From an uncultured Verrucomicrobiae bacterium (GTDB lineage: Bacteria > Verrucomicrobiota > Verrucomicrobiia > Chthoniobacterales > UBA10450), in the NCBI GenBank assembly GCA_963772365.1, contig CAVYXA010000001.1, positions 256,001-320,000 of the forward strand: a stretch of DNA of 64,000 nt, in the 5' to 3' direction. The notes under the pieces were generated by a model, which was not told the origin of the DNA, did no database searches, and saw only the letters and a program-made list of their open reading frames with translations. Each line of letters starts with the position of its first letter. Position 1 is the first letter of the stretch. The translations under genes were made by a program, and so were the position numbers. Below are positions 21,379 through 30,990 of the stretch, piece by piece.

Positions 21379-21996
21379 TTAGCCGCGTTTCCGGCGTTCC
21401 TGCTTCCGAATCAACGAGACCATTACCCCTTGAATCTTTAATTCCCGCGCCGGAATCAGGTTCGGATATTTTGCATTTTCCGCTTTGAGATAAGGCCGGC
21501 CGCGCTCGACCACATAACGTTTGAGAGTCGTCTCCCCGTCAATCAACGCGGCAACGATGTCGCCACTGTGCACTTCCTTGCTGTCTTCTAAAATGACAAG
21601 ATCACCATCGACAATGTGCGCGCCGATCATCGAATCGCCCCGCACCCGAAGAGCAAACGTCCCCCGATTCTTGGAAACATTGGCCGAACGGGTATCGAGG
21701 GAGACATGGCCCTCGATGGTTTGCTCGGTCAATGCGGACATTCCTGCCGGGATCTGCCCGTAAATCGGCACATCGGTGATCCGCACTTTCATCGCTGGCG
21801 TGATCAAGGCGCGCGCCTTGCCGGCGTGTCGTTCCAGAAAACCTTTTCGTTCCAGCGCCGCGATGTATTGCATGACGGAAGTCTGGCTGGCGAACCCAAA
21901 ATGATTTTGGATTTCCCGCGTACTCGGCGTTACTCCTTTTTCGCGCTGCTCGCGTTGGATAAAATCGAGAACGTTCTTTTGCCGATCCGTTAGCAC
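21379..21996 (-). CDS. lexA: SOS repressor LexA
   Basis: LT.RQ..VL.FI, PS.REI, Ala-Gly cleavage site (IPAG), GDSM and TLKR. Confidence 0.95.
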   Translation of the reverse strand: MLTDRQKNVLDFIQREQREKGVTPSTREIQNHFGFASQTSVMQYIAALERKGFLERHAGKARALITPAMKVRITDVPIYGQIPAGMSALTEQTIEGHVSLDTRSANVSKNRGTFALRVRGDSMIGAHIVDGDLVILEDSKEVHSGDIVAALIDGETTLKRYVVERGRPYLKAENAKYPNLIPARELKIQGVMVSLIRKQERRKRG

Positions 21997-22029
21997 AAAT
22001 CAGACTGGCGCAAGAATCTGCGTCGCGCA

Positions 22030-22043
22030 AGTTCAAATGAACA
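22030..22043. promoter_or_regulatory. LexA box upstream of lexA (one mismatch)
   Basis: aGTTC-aaat-GAACA, 34 bp upstream of the lexA GTG. Confidence 0.7.
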
Positions 22044-22054
22044 GCTTCTGCTGC

Positions 22055-22126
22055 CCTGTAGCGGCGGTCTATGACCGTCGCCATTTTGGGATGAAGTTTG
22101 CGACGCTCATAGAGCGCCGCTACAGG
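22055..22126. repeat. GTAG-type REP doublet
   Basis: cctgtagcggcggtctatgaccgtcg ... cgacgctcatagagcgccgctacagg. Confidence 0.8.
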
Positions 22127-22150
22127 AAAACATCTCTGATCATTTGTCTT

Positions 22151-22753
22151 ATGAAACCACTCTTCTTGTTTGGTCCGGGAGCGGGCGCGCCATCCTCGCA
22201 TGCGTGGATGCAGGGATGGAAAGATCGGCTGAGACGGATCGGAATTGTCGAGACATTCGATTATCCCTACATGCGCGAAGGACGGCGGCGTCCCGATCCG
22301 TTGTCGCAACTGATCGCCGCGCATCGACAAGCGTTGCGAGACGCGCGCGAGAGACATTCCTCAGGATCCACCATTCTGATCGGCAAAAGCATGGGCGGCC
22401 GCGTCGGATGTCACGTCTCTCTCGAGGAAAAAGTGGATGCGCTCATTTGCCTGGGATATCCGCTTTGCGCAATGGGTGACCGGGCGAAGCTGCGGGACGA
22501 AGTTTTGCGCGCCTTAACAACTCCAATCCTGTTCGTGCAGGGCACGCGCGATTCACTTTGCCCGCTGGAACTGCTAGAGCGGGTGCGTGCGGAAATGAAA
22601 GCGCCAAATTTCCTGCACTTTGTCGATGGTGGCGATCATTCGTTGCTAATGGCCAAACGACAATTGAAGGCGAATGGCCAAACTCAGGAAGACATCGATC
22701 ACGAGATTTCTAAAAGCATCGCGGGTTTTCTTTCCAAATCGAATGCGATTTGA
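22151..22753 (+). CDS. Alpha/beta hydrolase
   Basis: GKSMGGR nucleophile elbow, QGTRD and GGDHS. Confidence 0.85.
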   Translation: MKPLFLFGPGAGAPSSHAWMQGWKDRLRRIGIVETFDYPYMREGRRRPDPLSQLIAAHRQALRDARERHSSGSTILIGKSMGGRVGCHVSLEEKVDALICLGYPLCAMGDRAKLRDEVLRALTTPILFVQGTRDSLCPLELLERVRAEMKAPNFLHFVDGGDHSLLMAKRQLKANGQTQEDIDHEISKSIAGFLSKSNAI

Positions 22754-22757
22754 TCGC

Positions 22758-25046
22758 TTACCGGCGACGTGCCCGTTTTTTTCGATGCTCGGGCTCTTTG
22801 GGTTGAGGTCTGGGAGGTGCGCCGATGGTGAATGTCTTTTCTTCCGGGCTTCGTCCGAGACAAAGCGGAATGCCTTGCGGAATTTGGTTGATTGGCAGAA
22901 CGGAATTCTGACTGGCCGTTTCCTGAACGTTGATTTTCCACGGCCGATTCAGACCGCCGCGAATCTCAAATTTAGCGACGGCCGGCGCGAGCGTCACTGC
23001 GATCGGTTGAATGTCGAGCTTACTCAGGCACTCGAGCCGTTGCGTCGTGAGATCAAAGATCGACGTCGCCGGCGACAGGGTGATGACGAAATCGTTGGTA
23101 TCGTGAAGATCTATCTGTCCGCTTACGGCAAGATCGACATCTTTCGTCGCGCCGTGGAAAAAATCGATCGAAGCCTGCTTGTCATGAAACGTTACACCGG
23201 CGCTTGCCTGGACGAGATTGAGTGCGGCATTTTCCAGCTTGCCATCGATCAACTGAACTTCACCATCGATCCGAGGATGTTGTAACGTCTCCGTCAGCGA
23301 AATTTTCCCGCTCAAGATTCCGTCGCGAAAAATCTGCGGATGAAAAATTTGCGGCACATTCGCAAGAAAAATGGATGGAAAATCGAGCGTTAGCGCGATG
23401 GATGTTGTTTGGAAACGTTTCCAGTCGGTCCCGATCGGGAGGAGAAAATTCGCGGTGAAATCAAACGGGCTCGATCCGGGCAGATTGATGGTTCCGTGTA
23501 CGTCCCATCTGCTGGATTCAATTTTCGCGTCAATTGTCGCTGGTGTTGGCTTTGTTCGACTCTCATCAGGTCCGCAAAAGATCGACAGGTAATCGGCCAA
23601 ATCGTTCACCGTGACTGCAACCGAGCCGGAATAGTTATGCTCGTGCAACATGTCGATCTTGCCGTTTGCTCTCAGAAGATCGTGGTTCCGTGTGGCTTCG
23701 AGTTGTTCGATCTCCATCTCGCCGCCTTTTAGATTCAGGCTCGCCTGTAAGCTATCGATTGCGGTGCGGAAGAGAGTAAGCGATGTCCCGTTGAAACGAA
23801 TATGTCCGCCGATCTTGCGATCGCGCGTGTTGACAGTGCCCTCGACTCCGATGGCACCCTCGAAATCGCCGGGATCCGTGCCAAATAATGCGGCAAAGTC
23901 GCCCAGCTGGTTGATGGATGCGGAGATATCGCCGCGAAATTCCGGGCTGAGCCAGTCGGATGGTTTCGCTGGAAATGCAGCCTGCCCGCTGAGAGTGAGC
24001 TGATTCTTGCTTTGCCTAACATAAAGCTGCTGAATCTCAATCTGCCGATTGTAAAGCGAGGCGCCGAGCATGATCACTTCGGCCGCGCGATTGCGCCATT
24101 GGAGATCAGTCAATTCCATCCAGAGGGAAGCTGTTGCGTCAGTCGGATGCCTGGGATCGCCCCGGAAAGTGATTTTTCCGGCATGAAGCAGACCGTTAAT
24201 GCGATCCGTGAACCCGAGCACGTCGGAGGTTGCGGCAAGCGAAATATCTGATGCCCAACCTACGAGGTTCCAAGTGGAATTTTCTTCACGCCAGTCATCC
24301 GTGATGCTTGCTCGGATTTTGCCTCCCGCCGCATCCGCATCCAAGTCCACATCGACCCGTTCTTTCCCAAGACTCGACAGGTTGATCGAAATCCATTCCA
24401 GATCAAGACCGCGTGCCAGGTTCAAGCCTGCGATGGTCAAGCGCTTGTTCTGCCAGTTCGTTGAACCGCGCAATTGGTTAAAGGTTTGCCGAAATAACGG
24501 GGAGACAATGGTGATTTCACCGGCACGGAATTGGCCGGATTCAATTTCGCTGGCCGAGAGCGCCGCTTTACGAACCAAAATCACGGTCGGTCCGTCTTCC
24601 AAACGCAAATCGAATGTCGGCAGCCTGACCGCCTTCGGCAAAATTCGTTGAAGCGCCATCCAGCCCGATGCCGAAAGAAAACTGCCGGGATGATCGCGAT
24701 GCGTCTCGGCCTGCAAACCTTCGATGGAAAGCGCTCGGATAATGCGGCCGCTTCCGTGCCGAAAGATGTTCACCAGATTCAACTCGATCGTTGCTTCGGC
24801 CGCTTTCACATCGAGACTGAACGCGTTTGCGGGCGCGCTGGTGATGCGAATACCGCGCATGACAACCGGCCGCAGAAGCGGCGCGGAAATTTTGTCGATC
24901 TTAAGATTGAAATTCTGCTGACGCGCCTCCCAGGAAAGCCAGAAGCGAATGCCACTCGACACAGCAAATGGGGTGATCAAAATGATCACGAGCGGCGCCA
25001 GGATTAACAGCGCGAAGATCCGGAGCAATCGCTTCTGAATTTCCAT
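22758..25046 (-). CDS. AsmA/TamB-like envelope protein
   Basis: N-terminal TM anchor followed by a long amphipathic beta-rich region. Confidence 0.55.
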   Translation of the reverse strand: MEIQKRLLRIFALLILAPLVIILITPFAVSSGIRFWLSWEARQQNFNLKIDKISAPLLRPVVMRGIRITSAPANAFSLDVKAAEATIELNLVNIFRHGSGRIIRALSIEGLQAETHRDHPGSFLSASGWMALQRILPKAVRLPTFDLRLEDGPTVILVRKAALSASEIESGQFRAGEITIVSPLFRQTFNQLRGSTNWQNKRLTIAGLNLARGLDLEWISINLSSLGKERVDVDLDADAAGGKIRASITDDWREENSTWNLVGWASDISLAATSDVLGFTDRINGLLHAGKITFRGDPRHPTDATASLWMELTDLQWRNRAAEVIMLGASLYNRQIEIQQLYVRQSKNQLTLSGQAAFPAKPSDWLSPEFRGDISASINQLGDFAALFGTDPGDFEGAIGVEGTVNTRDRKIGGHIRFNGTSLTLFRTAIDSLQASLNLKGGEMEIEQLEATRNHDLLRANGKIDMLHEHNYSGSVAVTVNDLADYLSIFCGPDESRTKPTPATIDAKIESSRWDVHGTINLPGSSPFDFTANFLLPIGTDWKRFQTTSIALTLDFPSIFLANVPQIFHPQIFRDGILSGKISLTETLQHPRIDGEVQLIDGKLENAALNLVQASAGVTFHDKQASIDFFHGATKDVDLAVSGQIDLHDTNDFVITLSPATSIFDLTTQRLECLSKLDIQPIAVTLAPAVAKFEIRGGLNRPWKINVQETASQNSVLPINQIPQGIPLCLGRSPEEKTFTIGAPPRPQPKEPEHRKKRARRR

Positions 25047-25088
25047 GTTAAGGAAAAACGGGCGGAACGGCGACGATCAAATTCGGAA

Positions 25089-25817
25089 TCACTGTTCCCC
25101 TTTCTTCATCTCCCCAAAGAGCACGTGCACGGGCTGCGGAGCATGGATTCGTTGGTCGAGTTGTTGCTGAAGGGTGCGCTCCGCTTCTGCGGTCAGATTG
25201 GTTTCGCCGGCTTTTTGCCGGGCGAGCTCCGGCAGGATCGACAATTCATTTTGCACATCTTCGCCGGAAATCCGGTTCCAGAAACCGTTCTCAAATTCCA
25301 GCACGTCCACTTCTTTTTGCTCGACGCCCAGGATCTGAGCGGGTGGAAGCCGCACGATGATGTCGTCCGGGCGGATGTCGATGCTCAGGTGCTTGCGCAA
25401 ATCGAATCCGGCCTTTGCGATAAAAGTGCCATGCAGTTTGAGCCGCTTCGAACTTCCCGCCCAAGTATGAACGAATTCATGTTCGACTTCGATCCGGCGA
25501 GAGACTACTGCCAGCTCGCTGGTCGGCAATGTTTGTTCCATGTAAATGCGATCGTTGATCGTAATGCGCGGTTGGAGATGGGCGATATCGACGAAAGCGG
25601 CGCGGACTTCTCTGCCCAGACGCTCGAGCTCGCTCGTGCTTTGTCTTACGGTTCGGGCCGGCCAGGTTTCCAAACGCCAGAAAACAATGAGAAGAACGCC
25701 CGCGACGATGAGTACGACCAAGGTGAACGCCACCGGCCAGGAAAAACGGCCGGATGAGGCACTTCGCAATCTCAATGGAAACATGTTTCGTTTCATATCG
25801 TCGCCATGGCTCGACAA
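25089..25817 (-). CDS. DUF4230-like membrane-anchored protein
   Basis: Single TM, then KAGFDL and LPPAQIL motifs; start uncertain. Confidence 0.65.
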   Translation of the reverse strand: MSSHGDDMKRNMFPLRLRSASSGRFSWPVAFTLVVLIVAGVLLIVFWRLETWPARTVRQSTSELERLGREVRAAFVDIAHLQPRITINDRIYMEQTLPTSELAVVSRRIEVEHEFVHTWAGSSKRLKLHGTFIAKAGFDLRKHLSIDIRPDDIIVRLPPAQILGVEQKEVDVLEFENGFWNRISGEDVQNELSILPELARQKAGETNLTAEAERTLQQQLDQRIHAPQPVHVLFGEMKKGEQ

Positions 25818-25969
25818 AGCGGGCCGCCTGAGAATAGCTCAGCAGTTCGATGCCCGGTCAATTGCTTCCTTGGAAAAGCGAAGGAGTCAGGATTGTCGAT
25901 CGAGAATGAACAAGCTTGGGCAGCCATTTACCTTGACACGTCACCTTGGAACTAAACATACTCGCCAGC

Positions 25970-26830
25970 ATGAAAATGCTTCGTTTCTTGAAGATTTCCC
26001 TTCTTGTCGGCGCACTGCTTGCGGGCGCGGCTCTTCACTCGGCGAAAGCGGACACAATCCTTTACGGCTCCACCGGAGGTGACAATGCGTCGGGTGGCGG
26101 ATTGCTGTATCAGATCAACGTTACGACACAGGTGGTCAGTTTTATCGGGAACACAGGATTCGATCGCCTCGGTGGCATCGCATTTAATTCCGTTGGTGTT
26201 TTGTATGGAGTGTCCGGAGGAAGCGCTTTGCAGAGCACGCTAATGACAATCGACCCGACGACTGGTGTTGCCACTGTTATTGGGCTTGTTAGCGATCCCA
26301 ACGCAAACATTGACGGGCTCCGTTTCAACTCGCAAGGCGTGCTTTACGGCACGGCGTATAACCCGAGTCTCAGCGGCGGAGTGCTGTATACAATTGATCC
26401 TTCGAACGCGAATATCCTTACTTCTCTCAACTTGATGGGCTCCGGCAATTCATTCTGCGCCGGAATCGCGTTCGACGGCGCGGGCAACTTGTATGGGTCG
26501 CGGGGAAATTCTAATGGGCACACTGAAGATCTCGATCTTATTAATCAAGGCACCGGCGCGATGACACCAATCGGCGGGATGGACGCCGTTATTTCCGATA
26601 TCGTGTTTTATCCCGACGGCACCCTCTATGCCAGCTCGCCCAATGGCGATCTGTATTCGATTAATCCAATGACAGGTGGCAAGACTCTGCTGTTCAATAC
26701 CGGCATAACTCAATTTTCGGGATTGGCGGCTGCCGTGCCCGAGCCGTCAGTTACAGTTCTCTTTGGGATTGCGGCGCTCTCTTCGTTCGTTCTGCTGCGC
26801 CGGCGTTCCCATCAGACGGGCCGCGGCTGA
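25970..26830 (+). CDS. PEP-CTERM sorting-domain surface protein (beta-propeller-like)
   Basis: Signal peptide, repeated GIAF...G.LYG units, C-terminal VPEPS-TM-RRR. Confidence 0.88.
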   Translation: MKMLRFLKISLLVGALLAGAALHSAKADTILYGSTGGDNASGGGLLYQINVTTQVVSFIGNTGFDRLGGIAFNSVGVLYGVSGGSALQSTLMTIDPTTGVATVIGLVSDPNANIDGLRFNSQGVLYGTAYNPSLSGGVLYTIDPSNANILTSLNLMGSGNSFCAGIAFDGAGNLYGSRGNSNGHTEDLDLINQGTGAMTPIGGMDAVISDIVFYPDGTLYASSPNGDLYSINPMTGGKTLLFNTGITQFSGLAAAVPEPSVTVLFGIAALSSFVLLRRRSHQTGRG

Positions 26831-26974
26831 TTCATCGAACTCGGTAACGGATGCACGGGACGAGATGGAACTCGTCTCTCCTGTTTGGCTTGAAACCCTC
26901 TGGCGGGCACGGCTTTCTATAAGCGTCCAAATTGTTACAGCCAATTCTGCATCCGCTGGCGAAACCGTTGTATT

Positions 26975-27427
26975 ATGCCAGAAGAAGATGTTATCGAACG
27001 GGCCCGCCAGGATGAACGTGAAGGCAAATCGCCTTCCACCCAGGCTGGAGAGTTCGTTCGCGAAGAGATCGAACATATTCGAGCGGGAGAACACGGAATA
27101 CGGTCGCCGGAACAGGCTATAGCCATTGGTCTTTCGAAGGCGCGCCGTGCGGGAGTAAATCTGCCGCCGCCCGAGCACGGTTCGAAGCGAACCAAACGCC
27201 AGGCAAAACGCGATCTGGCGAAAGGCCGCCGTGGTAAAAAGAAAAAACCATCGCCGAGGCGTTCCCGAGCGACCAAGCGCGCCTTAAAAAAGGAAGGCCG
27301 CTCGGCTGCATCCCGGAGCAGATTATCCCGACAGGCTAAGCGGACTGCACAGCGCCGGGGGCCGGCTGCGCGTTCGCGAGCCGCGAAAAAAGCAGCCCGC
27401 ACGCGGACTCATCGTCGCCGGCGTTAA
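26975..27427 (+). CDS. Basic DUF6496-like protein
   Basis: QAIAIGLSKARRAG motif followed by a K/R/A-rich tail. Confidence 0.7.
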   Translation: MPEEDVIERARQDEREGKSPSTQAGEFVREEIEHIRAGEHGIRSPEQAIAIGLSKARRAGVNLPPPEHGSKRTKRQAKRDLAKGRRGKKKKPSPRRSRATKRALKKEGRSAASRSRLSRQAKRTAQRRGPAARSRAAKKAARTRTHRRRR

Positions 27428-27432
27428 CGAAT

Positions 27433-27588
27433 ATGGCCACGCGCAAACAACGCGCTGCCGCCCGGCGGAATATCAAAAAAGCCGCCAGAGCAGCGAAGCG
27501 CAAACGTACTGTCGCGCACTTGCCAAAGAAAACGCGCACAGCTCTGGGCCGGGAAGGCGCCAAAGCCGCGAAGCGAAAGCGCAGATAA
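27433..27588 (+). CDS. 51-aa highly basic protein (not in the ORF track)
   Basis: MATRKQRAAARRNIKKAARAAKRKRTVAHLPKKTRTALGREGAKAAKRKRR; starts 5 bp after the previous stop. Confidence 0.7.
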   Translation: MATRKQRAAARRNIKKAARAAKRKRTVAHLPKKTRTALGREGAKAAKRKRR

Positions 27589-27630
27589 ACCCAGCGCGAA
27601 ATGCGAAGACGCGGGTCCGTTTGGACGCGA

Positions 27631-29343
27631 TCACAGCATTCGCCGGATCGCGTCGGTAACGCTCTTGGCATCCAAAACGGAGTTCTCTACTGCCGGCAAC
27701 GCCCAATTGTCCTGATTGACAAAGAACACTTTGTTGTCGATGGGTCGGGCTGCAGTCTCGACGATGCCATTGTAAATGAGTCTCGGGCGGGAGATCGGCA
27801 TCGCGTGTCCCCAGCGAGTCATTCGGACCTGGCGAATGGCTGACTCGGGAACATCGAGCAGCGAAAGCATGTGACGAAGCTGCGGCAGAAGCAAATCTAT
27901 GTAGTGATACCATGGCCGTTTCGTGAGCAATGTGAAACGAGCCGATGCCCACGAGAGCGGCCAATACAAAGTGAGAACGCTGCGTGGTCCCTCGTTTGTG
28001 TAATCGCCGCGAAGCATGTCAGTCACGATGGGGTTATGCGAGAGGTCTTCGCCATTCATCGGATAATGAATGCCGTCGCCGAGCAGGAAACAGTCGTAGA
28101 AATCGCGTTCGATCGGCGAGTTCAACAAAACGTTCACGACGAGATATGGCAACGTCTCGAGATGGTTGATTGCAGTTAATTTGTCGTTGTCCCAATGCTC
28201 GAGATCAAATAGCACGTGCTTCACGATATGTTTCGACCCGGCCATGATGACGAAACGCGCGCTGATCGAGCGCAGTTTGTTATTCGCGTCGAAATAACTC
28301 ACCTGCAGGCGCTCACCGCATGGACGGACGTCGATCACCTGGCAATGCCCGCGCAAATAGTGCGGGCGACATTCCGGCGGGACATTGTGCTCGCGATCTT
28401 TCAATCGTTCCCAGAGTTGATAAACCATCTGCGCGTTTCCACCGGGAAGGACCCAGCGTCCGCCCTCTTCTGCGGCGACGAAGTTCCATCCGCCGGCAGC
28501 GGAAATTTCTTCCATCGGCGCGTCGAATGAAGAAAAGAAATAGGATTGAACACCGGCGCGGAGCAGCGGCGTCATCGGGATTCCCATTCGTTGCTCCACG
28601 TCTTCGCGAAACGTGAGCCGATCCAGCTCCCGCACCCGCCGCGCTTCGATTGGATCCGACGAGAGCGGGATATCCGGGTATTGATTATCCCAGATATCAG
28701 TCACGACCTCGGCGTAACGCATGAATGCCTGACGTTCCTTTTCCGGGAATCCATCGCCGGTCCAGAAGTCATCCAGGATTACATTGTTAAGCTCCATCGG
28801 ATCGGGCGGATTATTGATGCGAACCAGATGGTGCAGGCCGAGTTGATGGTAAAAATGCTCCAGGAACGAGCCGTGATCCGGCGTAATAAAATACGCGCCG
28901 CCCAACGAATAATTAATTCCGTTCCAGGTTTCGCCCTGGGCATTGCCGCCGAAACGATCGCGCAGCTCGAAGAGCACCGTGTTATGGTCCCGCAACAGAT
29001 AAGCCGAAGTTAATCCCGACAGCCCACCGCCCACGATAGCAACATCGACATCCTCCGCCGGATCCGGCAGTTGATCGATTTCGGGAATAAAATGAAACGG
29101 GATCTGATCGTTAGGGAAATCGTCTCCGAAAAACCACTCCGCAAACGGAATCCCTTCGACCATCACCGATGGCGGATCGGCCGGGATCTGAAGAAGGGGA
29201 GTAGTCGCCTCGACTCCCAGTGCTCCCGACGGCGCGCACGGCATCGATCGCGCGATTCGATTCAGTCCCAATCCCTTTTTTGCCATCATACCCAGCGCAA
29301 AAGCGCTCAAACCACCGCGTAAAAATTTTCTTCGACTCAGCAT
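27631..29343 (-). CDS. Tat-exported FAD-dependent oxidoreductase (amine-oxidase-like)
   Basis: SRRKFL twin-arginine signal; VAIVGGGLSGL, E..DRFGG and RWGHAM. Confidence 0.8.
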   Translation of the reverse strand: MLSRRKFLRGGLSAFALGMMAKKGLGLNRIARSMPCAPSGALGVEATTPLLQIPADPPSVMVEGIPFAEWFFGDDFPNDQIPFHFIPEIDQLPDPAEDVDVAIVGGGLSGLTSAYLLRDHNTVLFELRDRFGGNAQGETWNGINYSLGGAYFITPDHGSFLEHFYHQLGLHHLVRINNPPDPMELNNVILDDFWTGDGFPEKERQAFMRYAEVVTDIWDNQYPDIPLSSDPIEARRVRELDRLTFREDVEQRMGIPMTPLLRAGVQSYFFSSFDAPMEEISAAGGWNFVAAEEGGRWVLPGGNAQMVYQLWERLKDREHNVPPECRPHYLRGHCQVIDVRPCGERLQVSYFDANNKLRSISARFVIMAGSKHIVKHVLFDLEHWDNDKLTAINHLETLPYLVVNVLLNSPIERDFYDCFLLGDGIHYPMNGEDLSHNPIVTDMLRGDYTNEGPRSVLTLYWPLSWASARFTLLTKRPWYHYIDLLLPQLRHMLSLLDVPESAIRQVRMTRWGHAMPISRPRLIYNGIVETAARPIDNKVFFVNQDNWALPAVENSVLDAKSVTDAIRRML

Positions 29344-29585
29344 CGGAATTCCCTCCTGTTTGATGTGATCTCTCGCCGAGGGGAGTCTGACAAATCGCCG
29401 CTTCGCCTTCAAACCTCAAATGCTTTAGGTTTGGGCCTAATTTGAGGAACTGATGGGGCCCCACAGGTTCGTCCCGATAACGCGTCTCTAGATGGCACAA
29501 TTGCCAAAAGGTAGTTGCACGTTCGACGGCCGGTTTTGAGCAAGGATGCAGCAACAACGAAACCTGTCTTGTTTCTCTCGATTGT

Positions 29586-30419
29586 TTGTTTCAAATTTCG
29601 AGCTTGGCTCAGAAACAGATAGAGATTCTCGGGATTATCGCTGGGAACGGGGTTTATCCAAAAATCCTCGCGCAGGCTGCGCGAAAAGTGGGCGTGAAAC
29701 GCATTGTGGCTGCGGCATTCGAGAAGGAAACCGATCCGACCCTGGCCCAGGATGTCGATGCTATCGAATGGATGCGGGTGGGGCACTTAGGCCGGTTGCT
29801 GAAGTTTTTTCGGGCGCAGAAAATCCATCACGCGATCATGGCGGGACAGATCGCACCGAAAAATCTGTTCGATCTGAAGCCGGATGTGAAAGCGTTGCTT
29901 TTGATGGCTAAATTGAAACAGCGAAGCGCCGAATCGATTTTTGCCGCGATTGCCGATGAACTGGCCAAAGCCGATGTCGATCTTTTGCCGGCGACGACTT
30001 TCCTCGAAGACTCGCTCGCTTCCAGTGGATTAATCGCGGGACCAAAGCTCTCGAGCCGGGAAGAAGAAGATGTCGATCTTGGTTGGAAGATCGCGAAGGA
30101 AATTGCCCGGCTCGACATCGGGCAAACCGTGATCGTGAAAAATGGAACGGTGCTCGCGGTCGAGGCATTTGAAGGGACCAATGACGCGATCAAACGCGGG
30201 GGCGCGCTTGCCCGCGAGGGAGCGGTGATGATCAAGGTTGCGAAACCGAATCAGGACATGCGGTTCGATGCGCCGGTGATTGGTGTCGAAACGATTCGAG
30301 TGGCCGCCGAGGCGAAGCTGCGTGTGATCGCGGTCGAAGCTGACAAGACATTGTTGCTCGACCGCAATGCGACTGTCGACCTTGCGACACGAGCCAGGAT
30401 CTCAATTGTCGCGCGTTAA
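29586..30419 (+). CDS. lpxI: UDP-2,3-diacylglucosamine pyrophosphatase LpxI
   Basis: GIIAGNG.YP, DIGQT, AVEA.EGT and KPNQD.RFD.P; start may be TTG 29604. Confidence 0.9.
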   Translation: MFQISSLAQKQIEILGIIAGNGVYPKILAQAARKVGVKRIVAAAFEKETDPTLAQDVDAIEWMRVGHLGRLLKFFRAQKIHHAIMAGQIAPKNLFDLKPDVKALLLMAKLKQRSAESIFAAIADELAKADVDLLPATTFLEDSLASSGLIAGPKLSSREEEDVDLGWKIAKEIARLDIGQTVIVKNGTVLAVEAFEGTNDAIKRGGALAREGAVMIKVAKPNQDMRFDAPVIGVETIRVAAEAKLRVIAVEADKTLLLDRNATVDLATRARISIVAR

Positions 30420-30448
30420 CGGATTCCAAACATTTCGGACGAAGTCCC

Positions 30449-30532
30449 TTTGGAGTGCGAGGCGTCCTCGCATCGCTTTTTAGAAAGTGTTTTGCGAATA
30501 GAAAGCGACGCGAGGACGCGTCGCACTCCAAA
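30449..30532. repeat. TGGAGTGCG-type REP doublet between convergent genes
   Basis: tttggagtgcgaggcgtcctcgcatcgcttt ... aaagcgacgcgaggacgcgtcgcactccaaa. Confidence 0.8.
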
Positions 30533-30555
30533 AGCTGACGCGAAAAAGTAAACGA

Positions 30556-30990
30556 TTAATCGCGAGTTGATAGATCGATTGCAATTCGAAGCACACTATA
30601 GAAGAGCAGGACCGCCGCGATTGGAACGAGCCAAATCCCGAGACCGGGATCGCCGCCGTAAGTGACGATTCCACCCAGGAAAAATCCGAGTGGAAACAGA
30701 ATGCCCGCCCAAATCAGACAGAACGAAACTGATCTTCGCTGGACGAGGCGCTTTACGTTTCGCGCCGTCAGCCCGGCGATGATGTTGACAACGCCGAGCG
30801 CGGTTCCATGAGCATGAGCGAGGGTGAACATCAGACGCCGCATATCGTTTCCGACGTCCAAATAGAAGCCGATTTTGAAGCCGTGCAGAACCTCGAGCGC
30901 GCCGCCTAGCGATAGGAAAATCAGCAACGACCACCAACCGAAACGTAGGTTAGCATCAAAGGCGCCCGCGTGATCGGAGGTCGGTTTCAT
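30556..30990 (-). CDS. Four-TM membrane protein with HAHG motif, coupled to the multiheme cytochrome gene
   Basis: Four hydrophobic segments, LAHAHGT; ATGA overlap with the upstream gene. Confidence 0.7.
   Translation of the reverse strand: MKPTSDHAGAFDANLRFGWWSLLIFLSLGGALEVLHGFKIGFYLDVGNDMRRLMFTLAHAHGTALGVVNIIAGLTARNVKRLVQRRSVSFCLIWAGILFPLGFFLGGIVTYGGDPGLGIWLVPIAAVLLFYSVLRIAIDLSTRD

Noticed and set aside
29400..29520. c-di-GMP-I riboswitch
   Set aside because: Only scattered short matches (gggacg, ggcccaaacc); the conserved GGCAAAC/GAAA architecture is missing.
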